Source: Planctomycetaceae bacterium (GTDB lineage Bacteria; Planctomycetota; Planctomycetia; Planctomycetales; Planctomycetaceae). From it: a DNA stretch of 62,770 bases. Each line of letters begins with the position of its first letter. Position 1 is the first letter of the stretch. Under the pieces are notes generated by a model. That model did not search any database, was not told where the DNA came from, and saw only the letters and a list, made by a program, of their open reading frames with translations. This document shows positions 1-7,751 of this stretch, in pieces. The position numbers and the translations under genes are program-made. Location of the stretch: assembly GCA_020426485.1 (NCBI GenBank), contig JAGQPY010000002.1, forward strand, positions 1 to 62,770, in the 5' to 3' direction.

Positions 1-210
1 AAACGGAAGGCGATGAATATCCTGCAGGTTTGTTTTCGGGATAATGTGAAGGCGCGCCGCATGAACAGTGATGGCAGCTACAGTCGTCTTGATCCCGGCA
101 ATGATGCACCACTGCGAAGCCAGCAGGAATTTCAGCGACTGGCTCGCGAAGCTGAAGAAAATGCGTTCGAAGCGAAACGCCTGATGTTTGTTCCGATTGA
201 GCCAAACTGA
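1..210 (+). CDS. 3' end of a CDS that starts upstream of the window; product unknown
   Basis: Frame 1 is open from nt 1 to the TGA at 208-210. Track ORF 13..210 is the internal-Met version. No motif recognised. Confidence 0.3.
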   Translation, partial: KRKAMNILQVCFRDNVKARRMNSDGSYSRLDPGNDAPLRSQQEFQRLAREAEENAFEAKRLMFVPIEPN

Positions 211-887
211 ATTGGTTTCGGATTCCGTCAGGCATCGCCTGCGTCGTTTGGGAAAAGGCGGGTTGGAATCTGACAGAACAACGTGCGCACTTCGAGGGCG
301 CAGCTTGGCATTGGACAAAGCCCTCGTTACGTTTGATGACGGCAGAACGCGGTCTTCTGCCGACGAGCCGCGGGTTGATGCATGATCTGCCGAAGTTTCG
401 ATTCGAGACCGCAGCGATCGCACGGACGTCCTGCGGCGCAATTCGTCCGCCGGACGGCCTTTGTGATGTGCTCAAAAGTGCCGCGGGCTCTGATGCAATG
501 GCTTTTCTTGCGCTTTCCTCAGGGCCAGCTGCATTTCCATGAATAGGCTGTGTCGGATGGTCTGCATGGTGTGGTCGTGATCATCACGTCTGTTCTGCCA
601 GTCAATCAGCGACACGGCTCGAAGCTGCACTTTCTGTCGGCACGCATCGATAATCTTTGCTGTTGTTCGGATGCACAAGCGGGCTCTCTCATTTTGAACC
701 GCCGGACGTCAGGCATCCGCACCGCTGTGAGACGTTGATCGATGGGCCTCGACAATGTCTCTTTCCACCTGACAACGACACTCAGGGCATGGGCACGTCG
801 AAGTTCCGAAGCCTGTTTCTGATGTCCCCGATCGTCGTGCTCTGAGGAAGTGAGTCAGGAAGTCTTTACGTCAACGAAGGAAATCTC

Positions 888-2006
888 ATGGCCCGAATGC
901 TGACATCCTGTTTGCCGGTTCTGCTTGCTCTCCTCCCGTTCACCGGTTGTTCGGTATCGCACTTCGGTATGAAAGCCGGCAGCGGCTGCGTTGACGAATG
1001 TGGTGAACGCGCATCCTTTTCCTGCGGTGAACCTGCCTGCTCCGGGATTTCAAACAATGATTCGTGCGGAGAAGGCTGCAGCGAACATGGTAATAAAGAA
1101 TCGAATCGGCATTCTGCCTTCTCGAATCTGGATGGCGGTGTCGAGCACGGTCGGCGTTCACTGATACTCGACGGTGCCGGCTGGGTTGTTGGTATTCCAT
1201 CAAAGATTCTGTTGTGGAATACCAAAGTGGACAGTCACTCTGTGTCCAGGGAAACGGAAGCGGCCGTCCAGCGCTACCTTGAGGAAAACGGACTGAGCGA
1301 CGTCAAGGTGCGTGTTAATCAGTACGATCCGGTCGGCGAATGGAAACGCCTCATTGCCAACGATTCCATCCATGCCGGCTGGAGATACACATTCGGAACG
1401 CTGGCTGTGGCAAAGTACACCGTCCTGCCGGGGCGAGTTGTTGGAAGCGATGAATATAATCCGTTTACTCGAACCATTCACCTGTATTCTGATCGTGCGT
1501 CACTGGCATTGCGAGAAGGTGTTCATGCACGTCAGGCCACCGATGCTGCGTTTCCGGGACTCTATGGTGCGGCAATGTATCTGCCGGGCAGTCCACTGTG
1601 GGTCGATACACCTGCGACTCGCGAAGTTGTTGCGTGGGCTCAGGAAATCGGAGACCGCAGGCTGCAGAGGGAGTCTTATCTGGTCCTCTATCCGGCCTAC
1701 GGTGCTCGTGTTGGCCAGAGTCTGACCGGTTTCATCGACGTCGGGCAGAATCAGGCGATCAGCGGTGGATTCGCGCTGGTGGGACATCTTGTCGGCAGGA
1801 CGATGGCAACCACCGTTTCAGATACGCCTGTGGAAGTAGTCAAGTCGGCGTTTGGCATTGTGAGGCGACGTTATCCTCAGGAAAACGTTGCTGAACCACT
1901 GTTGTTCGAATCTGCTGAACTACAGAACGCTCTTCCACCGGGAAGTCCTCTGCAGGTTCAGTGGGTGCCGATTGAATTCCAGCTGGAAGCCGCTGAGAAG
2001 ATCTGA
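888..2006 (+). CDS. Putative lipoprotein with a Cys-rich N-terminal region; function unknown
   Basis: 372-aa ORF. The N-terminus MARMLTSCLPVLLALLPFTGCS has a lipobox-like LPFTGC. About 9 further Cys occur in the next ~60 aa. Confidence 0.7.
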   Translation: MARMLTSCLPVLLALLPFTGCSVSHFGMKAGSGCVDECGERASFSCGEPACSGISNNDSCGEGCSEHGNKESNRHSAFSNLDGGVEHGRRSLILDGAGWVVGIPSKILLWNTKVDSHSVSRETEAAVQRYLEENGLSDVKVRVNQYDPVGEWKRLIANDSIHAGWRYTFGTLAVAKYTVLPGRVVGSDEYNPFTRTIHLYSDRASLALREGVHARQATDAAFPGLYGAAMYLPGSPLWVDTPATREVVAWAQEIGDRRLQRESYLVLYPAYGARVGQSLTGFIDVGQNQAISGGFALVGHLVGRTMATTVSDTPVEVVKSAFGIVRRRYPQENVAEPLLFESAELQNALPPGSPLQVQWVPIEFQLEAAEKI

Positions 2007-2087
2007 TCTGCATGTTGCTGATCATTTTCGCAGACGCGCGAAGAACCAAAAGGGCAGATCCGAAGCCCCCGGTCTTCACTGCCGGCT

Positions 2088-3209
2088 TCACGGAACACGC
2101 AGCGAAAAGGTTTGCAGTACTTCGTTGCGGTTAACGGTAATCGAAATCTGCTGGTTTCGGCGAAAGCCGTTCAACTCGATGCGGAAATCCCTTGCAGAAC
2201 GCACGACACGTTCGTTGACCATCAGAATCAGGTCTCCTCGCTTAAGGCCAGCGGTGTCAGCCGACGAGCCTTCGATAATACGGTCCACGAAGGCCGGAGT
2301 GTTTGGGACGACTTCCGGAAGCAAGGTCAGGCCGAAGCGTCCCGTCAGGTCTCGATCCGAGATGGCCGTTCGTTCTGAATCTGAGTCTGTCGTTGAAGGC
2401 GGACGGCGTCCACTGAGGGCAGCGGAAATGGCCGGACGAAGGCTGGTCCAGGGAACGGCGTAATTGACCCACATATCGGTTTCTCGATGCCGAATTTCAC
2501 GGCCGAGCAATCCCACGGGGATTCCCTCTGAATTCGTGAGGAGCCCCCCCGCAGCACCGGAGTTATTTGTGATTGCGTCGATCAGGTAGACGGGTGACTT
2601 GACCGGAAACTCCCAGCGTCCAAGCCCTGCGTCCAGAACGGTTTCGCAGGCAATGACTCCGTGAACCACCGAAACCGGTTCACTGCCGGTGGCGACGTGA
2701 AACATGTTGCTGAATGCCAGGACTGATTCACCGGTCTCCGCCCTTGCCTCTGTCTGATAGTCAACAAAAGCAAACTGGTCATCTTCGCCACATTTCAGCT
2801 TCAGAACGGCAAGGTCCAGGTCTGCGTTTGTGCCAAGGACATCGACACTGAAACGCCGTCCGTCTGCTGTCACGGCCGTCAGAAATCCCGTATTGACCAG
2901 GTGGTTCCAGACCGTGACGACATGTCCATCCGCCGACACCAGAACCCCGGATCCGTACGAATCCAGAGTCCCGACTCCGGCGCCAAAAAGCTTGACGACG
3001 ACAGACTGACCTCGGTCGATGGTCGTGCGGATGTCAGCGCGGACAGTCAGCGGCAATCCAATCAGAATCACGATTCCGATGGTCAGAAAAAGGCGGAGAC
3101 TGCAGTTCGCGTGATGTCGAATCATGCCTGTGACACGGGTCTTTCTGTGCAGAGATCGCGCCTGTTTCTGCCGACAGTCGCAGCAGTTCGGTGCACGTTC
3201 ATCGGCCAT
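2088..3209 (-). CDS. Trypsin-like (S1C/HtrA-type) protease-fold protein with a C-terminal PDZ domain and an atypical Ser motif
   Basis: GSGVLVSADGHVVTVWNHLV (His region) and DLDLAVLKL (Asp region) are present. DAITNNSGAAGGLL replaces the canonical GNSGGPL. PDZ-like GSSADTAGLKRGDLILMVNERVV. An alternative ATG at 3125 gives the signal-anchor MIRHHANCSLRLFLTIGIVILIGLPLTVRA. Confidence 0.8.
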   Translation of the reverse strand: MADERAPNCCDCRQKQARSLHRKTRVTGMIRHHANCSLRLFLTIGIVILIGLPLTVRADIRTTIDRGQSVVVKLFGAGVGTLDSYGSGVLVSADGHVVTVWNHLVNTGFLTAVTADGRRFSVDVLGTNADLDLAVLKLKCGEDDQFAFVDYQTEARAETGESVLAFSNMFHVATGSEPVSVVHGVIACETVLDAGLGRWEFPVKSPVYLIDAITNNSGAAGGLLTNSEGIPVGLLGREIRHRETDMWVNYAVPWTSLRPAISAALSGRRPPSTTDSDSERTAISDRDLTGRFGLTLLPEVVPNTPAFVDRIIEGSSADTAGLKRGDLILMVNERVVRSARDFRIELNGFRRNQQISITVNRNEVLQTFSLRVP

Positions 3210-5001
3210 TATTTTTATCAGCGCGATCTTTGGTTTCGAATCGGTCCAATTGAAGCCAGCTGATCTGTTCAGTTTGGTTGTTCACGACACCCAGTCTTTC
3301 CGGCCACGGAACATGTTGTCCGGTTACCCAGTTCGAAAACCGTATCCGTCCTTCATCAGTACCGGCCTGAATTGTCACATCAACTCCCACCGGCAACGGA
3401 GAGTTCGTTTGGAAGTACCATCGAGCCGTCAGCGTGCCGTCTTCAATCAGTAACGTGATGACTTCTTCTCCGGACGGCAACAGAATCTCGGTCCCGCGGT
3501 ATTCAACGCGTGAAAACGAAGCCGGATCGTTCTGAAACATTCGATGCCACAGCAGCGAGGCCGCCAGAAGACCATGGAATTCCGGCAGTTCGTTTTCAGG
3601 ATCGACGTCATCCCACGGTTGATACGCAGGGGGCCGGTTGAGGATCTGAAGTCCCGCGCCCGCAGGTCCGATCACCAGTTCACCTGCCTGCTGCTGACCG
3701 GAAACTGGCGCGGCAATTCGGCCGACCCATGTTTCACCGATTTCACCACTGCCAGTGAGTTGTTCCTTCAGAGCACGCAGAAGTTCCTCCTGCCGAATTC
3801 GGTTGAAATAGAAGTTAGTGTAGCCATCTTTCTGTTCAAACAGATGGGCATGTTCTTCCGGCACCGGGTTGCTGCGGGATTCTTCCGGCTGGTCCGGATC
3901 TTCATCCGGTGGAACCTCATGTTCTCCCGGCAGCTCCGGGGCTTTCTGAAAGCCATGCAGAGGCCCCAGTCTCAGTGTCGCATGGTGCACACCGGTCTTG
4001 TTTCGGTAGCTGAAGGGGACTCGAATACCTTCCGGATAGATCCCCAGAATGTTTTTGAATTCATTTGCAGAATTCACGCTGCGCCCTCCGAAACTGACGA
4101 GTTCGTCACCGGAACGCAGGCCTCGGCGCCAGGCTTCAGAGATTTCGGAGACCTGATCGATTGTCGCAATTCCATCAGACGTGGTGACCGTAAAGTCGGG
4201 CCGGGCGTGATCCACGATCCGCCCCGATTTCAGGTGCTCCACAAACAGCAGGACCTGATTCACCGAGATTGCATAGGCCGCTCCCGAATTGATGCGGCCT
4301 CGCTTTTCAAAGGATGCTCGACCGTTGATTCCGATCCATCGGCCCCGAATGTCAAAAAGCGGCCCACCTGAGTTTCCGGGATTGATGGATGCATCGATCT
4401 GGATGCAGTCGGTGTATTCCAGAAATGTGCCCGCCGGATACTGGTAGCGATGGACGCCGCTGACAATTCCAAAAGTCGTTGTTGGAGTAAAATCGGCGGC
4501 CAGAAGAAATGGATCTCCCAGGGCCAGCACTTCATCACCAACCGCCACATTGTTGCTGTCGCCAGGAACGCAGCACGGGAAATCGTCCCTTCCCAGAAGC
4601 TTGATGAGTGCCACGTCACCGGTCGGATCAATGCCCACGATGACTGCATCGTAAAGTCGGCCGTCATTCAGGCCGCACTTCATAAAGTTGCCGGAGCCGG
4701 ACGTGACGTGATAATTTGAAATCGCATAACCATCCGCGGATATCAGGACGCCGGATCCACCACCTTCGCCACTGGCCGGCATGACACAGACCACAGTCGG
4801 TGCGATTTTTTGAATGACGGCAATCCGCTCCGCTTCTTTCTGACGAACGGAGGTGTCCGACTGTGCTGTGACCGAATGCAGATTAACGCAGAACAGCACC
4901 GCGCTGACTATGATTCTGACGGACAATGTACGGAATCCGATACCGTGAAGGTCGCCCGGTTGGTATGTCTGACTGCGGAAGGTCGGCTGTGAGCTAATCA
5001 T
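3199..5001 (-). CDS. HtrA/DegP-like serine protease with a PDZ domain and a long C-terminal extension
   Basis: GSGVLISADGYAISNYHV, DVALIKLL and DASINPGNSGGPLFD form an intact triad context. PDZ-like RRGLRSGDELVSFGGRSV. The ATG at 5001 overlaps the upstream stop by 8 nt; the longest ORF starts at TTG 5064. Confidence 0.88.
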   Translation of the reverse strand: MISSQPTFRSQTYQPGDLHGIGFRTLSVRIIVSAVLFCVNLHSVTAQSDTSVRQKEAERIAVIQKIAPTVVCVMPASGEGGGSGVLISADGYAISNYHVTSGSGNFMKCGLNDGRLYDAVIVGIDPTGDVALIKLLGRDDFPCCVPGDSNNVAVGDEVLALGDPFLLAADFTPTTTFGIVSGVHRYQYPAGTFLEYTDCIQIDASINPGNSGGPLFDIRGRWIGINGRASFEKRGRINSGAAYAISVNQVLLFVEHLKSGRIVDHARPDFTVTTSDGIATIDQVSEISEAWRRGLRSGDELVSFGGRSVNSANEFKNILGIYPEGIRVPFSYRNKTGVHHATLRLGPLHGFQKAPELPGEHEVPPDEDPDQPEESRSNPVPEEHAHLFEQKDGYTNFYFNRIRQEELLRALKEQLTGSGEIGETWVGRIAAPVSGQQQAGELVIGPAGAGLQILNRPPAYQPWDDVDPENELPEFHGLLAASLLWHRMFQNDPASFSRVEYRGTEILLPSGEEVITLLIEDGTLTARWYFQTNSPLPVGVDVTIQAGTDEGRIRFSNWVTGQHVPWPERLGVVNNQTEQISWLQLDRFETKDRADKNNGR

Positions 5002-6331
5002 TCCGGACCACCATTCGTGCGTCGACGATATCCAGATAGTCGCAGACACTGCTTCCGTCGCCAAAATCGACCAGAATCGAGAGTGTAGAGACGTCCCGCA
5101 GACTCAGATCGATCGGTGTCGGCGTCGCGGTGGCCTGAATCAGTGCGCGATAGATTTCTCGCCCATCGGCTTCCATAATCAGCTCGACGGCTGACGACGG
5201 CTGGCCGCGTTGCTGATTGAATGCAACTTCATCGTCAACGCCGACGAGTGCTTTCAGTGATGAGTACCTGCCGTCAAGTGCGTACTGAATACGGGCTTTC
5301 GGGAAAATGCAGAGTCCTTTGCGATACCTCTTTCCTCGCAACGTCAGCGGCGGCCGCCCACTGTTGGCGAACACATCACGGGACATGCGCCAGAGACTGG
5401 ACAGACCCGTGCGAGTGTTCAGATCATCGTCGAACAACGGGCTCCACTCTTTTCCCTGTGGATCGAGACCAAAGTATTCTTCTGCGACAGGTTCCAGGTC
5501 AGACAGAAAGTGAACGCGACTGCTGCTGAAATCTATGCCGGTCGTCAGTGACAATGGACAGGATACGGTCTGGCCCCATGATGTCACGACGTTCAGGGTT
5601 TCGGAATCTCCGGTGACGCTCCGGACTCGTAACTCGGTCCCTTCCGTCAGGCTCAACCGAATGCTGCCGTTGAGCGGCGATTTGTTGTCCGATGACGCAA
5701 ACACGATTCCGGTGACTCGGTCCCTTGGAACCGGAATTTCATCACCATCCAGCAGAAACGGAATCTGATCGCTGTTGACTGCTGACACAAGGCCGGAAAG
5801 AAAATCCAGTCCACCTCCATCACTCTTTTCGATGATCAGCATGTCCTTCGTTACCTTTCGCTGCAGAAAGGCTTCCCATTGCCCCGTCCATTCTTCGTTA
5901 ACGGGCTTGAGCAGCACGGCCCGCACAGCCAATCGGTTGATGTCCAGTGCGCCCAGTGACTTTGTGCTGATGGTTGAGGTTGTGGCTGTGGCTGTAAATT
6001 CCGTTCCTGAGATTTCAGCCCCGTCTGTCAGCATCACGAGAATACTGTTTGCCGGATCCGGTGCGGTGTCTGTTGTCGCCATCCTGGACAGTGTCATGAC
6101 CTGTTCCAGCGGAACAGCCCTGGGCGGATCGTCTCCGCTTTGCAGAAATTCCGCGGACTCCGGAGTGATTCGTTTCAGTTCTGCCTGAAAGGATTGCCCG
6201 TCGAGCGTCGTGACTTCAACTCCAGATTGGAGTGAGACGGCGACTGCAAGAAATCTCACGAACAACAGCATTTGACCATGCCTTGTTTTGGAAACCTGTT
6301 GAATTGACCGCCAGTCCGACCGCAAATTCAA
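4994..6331 (-). CDS. Secreted protein with a C-terminal NPCBM/NEW2-like domain
   Basis: The C-terminus GKRYRKGLCIFPKARIQYALDGRYSSLKALVGVDDEV...ILVDFGDGSSVCDYLDIVDARMV follows the NPCBM pattern. The longest ORF starts at TTG 6331. The ATG at 6271 gives the signal-like MLLFVRFLAVAVSLQSG. Confidence 0.8.
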   Translation of the reverse strand: MNLRSDWRSIQQVSKTRHGQMLLFVRFLAVAVSLQSGVEVTTLDGQSFQAELKRITPESAEFLQSGDDPPRAVPLEQVMTLSRMATTDTAPDPANSILVMLTDGAEISGTEFTATATTSTISTKSLGALDINRLAVRAVLLKPVNEEWTGQWEAFLQRKVTKDMLIIEKSDGGGLDFLSGLVSAVNSDQIPFLLDGDEIPVPRDRVTGIVFASSDNKSPLNGSIRLSLTEGTELRVRSVTGDSETLNVVTSWGQTVSCPLSLTTGIDFSSSRVHFLSDLEPVAEEYFGLDPQGKEWSPLFDDDLNTRTGLSSLWRMSRDVFANSGRPPLTLRGKRYRKGLCIFPKARIQYALDGRYSSLKALVGVDDEVAFNQQRGQPSSAVELIMEADGREIYRALIQATATPTPIDLSLRDVSTLSILVDFGDGSSVCDYLDIVDARMVVRND

Positions 6332-6522
6332 CCATCAACCTTTACCGCGATGTGTATGCCTGCCTTTGCGTCTCCGGTTGACGAATGTCCTTCTGACGAA
6401 CTGTCTGCTTCGAATCGCAGAATCGAGGTCTGTTGGATCGACGGGCTGGGCGGCATGCCGACCTGTAATGTAACGACGGCCACTGCTGACTCGAAAGGGA
6501 TCTCAGAGAATTGTCCCGACAT
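6328..6522 (-). CDS. Possible small ORF (64 aa) in the intra-operon gap; unverified
   Basis: ATG-initiated ORF. Its TGA (6330-6328) overlaps the TTG (6331-6329) of the next ORF. No motif; composition is not clearly protein-like. Confidence 0.2.
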   Translation of the reverse strand: MSGQFSEIPFESAVAVVTLQVGMPPSPSIQQTSILRFEADSSSEGHSSTGDAKAGIHIAVKVDG

Positions 6523-6617
6523 CCCGAGACGTCGTAAACGATGCAGTCGCCGGAGTCTTTTCAGAACGACTCATGATTCGCCGGAACAGCCGCTTCCGAT
6601 TTGCCGCAGGGTGACCG

Positions 6618-7751
6618 TCACTTCTTTTGTTCGGCCAGTTTTCGGGTGTAACGCCCGATCTGGTCCAGAAAATTGGGCGGAAACTGTTGTTGGATGAGTT
6701 CTCTGGCCTTGGCTTCAGCCTTGTCATCCAGCATTCCCCATTTGCCGGTTTCTTTAAGTTCTTTGTGGTCAGCTTCGCCATCGCCGGCAGCACCTTTGAT
6801 TTGGCTCTGGTCTGCTCCCTGATTGCCGGCCTGATTCTGTTGTGATCCGGATCCGCCCTGCCCCCCCTGTTGCTGGTTCTGCTTTTCCATTTGCTCAAGC
6901 AGCTCATCAATGGCGGCGATGATGGCTTCCTCCTGATCCTGAGTCTTTTGTCCGGGACGACCAAGATCAAGGCGACGTTCAACGTCCTTCATCAGCCTTG
7001 AGACATGATCCAGGCCATCATCAGCCTGTGACCGCAGTTCATCCAGCAGCATTTGGCCCACGAACTGAAATCTCTCCGGAACGTCAACCGTATTATTCAG
7101 CAGCAGGGTCAGATCATCCATCGCATCCGTCCGCCGCAGCAGTTCTGCTCGACAGACAGCGCGATAGAAAAACAGACTGGCGGGATCAACAACGTCATCA
7201 GGGGTGAGATCCTCCAGAAGGGAGACCGCTTCATCGAAATATCGATGCTGAGCCAGCCAGCGCGCGTGAAACAGTCGGACATTACTTCGAAAGAAGGAGT
7301 TCGATCGGATGCCGTCATACACGATTTCCTCAACGGGACCGCTGCCGTTGGTTTCCTGCACCATGCGGCGGATGGCTCCGTCGACCACGGCAAACGAGTT
7401 GACAACATAATCCAAAAGCTGTTCCCCGGACGCGGCCGAGAGCCGATCGAGATCCTGCCATTGGCTTGCGATGTTATTGAGAAGTTCCGTATCCGACTGA
7501 GTCTCATCTGCCCATGCCAGCACGCTGCCGCGAATCTGTTCCACATTCGGTTTCGAGAACTGAACCGTTTCGTGTACAGCGTTACCGGACGAAGGTTCCG
7601 CATTCTGGTCTGCCGGTGTTGCCTGTGAGGCTTCGGCTGCAGGATGCACCCATCCCACAGTCAGAATCCTGAAGAGTACCGGCAACCAGGCCGAATGGCG
7701 GCTGCAGAATTTTTCGAGGAAAATAGGTGAAGTACGGGAAGTGTGGTTCAT
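6618..7751 (-). CDS. Secreted helical/TPR-like protein (BatC-like position in the operon)
   Basis: 377-aa ORF with a hydrophobic N-terminus. TPR-like stretch FHARWLAQHRYFDEAVSLLEDL...FFYRAVCRAELL, then a Q/G-rich linker. Its ATG overlaps the upstream TGA (ATGA at 7748-7751). Confidence 0.8.
   Translation of the reverse strand: MNHTSRTSPIFLEKFCSRHSAWLPVLFRILTVGWVHPAAEASQATPADQNAEPSSGNAVHETVQFSKPNVEQIRGSVLAWADETQSDTELLNNIASQWQDLDRLSAASGEQLLDYVVNSFAVVDGAIRRMVQETNGSGPVEEIVYDGIRSNSFFRSNVRLFHARWLAQHRYFDEAVSLLEDLTPDDVVDPASLFFYRAVCRAELLRRTDAMDDLTLLLNNTVDVPERFQFVGQMLLDELRSQADDGLDHVSRLMKDVERRLDLGRPGQKTQDQEEAIIAAIDELLEQMEKQNQQQGGQGGSGSQQNQAGNQGADQSQIKGAAGDGEADHKELKETGKWGMLDDKAEAKARELIQQQFPPNFLDQIGRYTRKLAEQKK

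Noticed and set aside
472-678. 68-aa minus-strand ORF and neighbours in the 680-nt non-coding stretch 211..887
   Set aside because: No family motif. Overlapping ORFs of similar size occur in several frames. There is no start-context or coupling evidence. The region is left as intergenic or promoter sequence for the lipoprotein gene.
6503-6982. 159-aa minus-strand ORF
   Set aside because: It overlaps the 3' part of the 377-aa TPR-like gene in another frame. The product is Arg/Lys/Pro/Ser-rich. The in-operon frame with the ATGA coupling is far more plausible.
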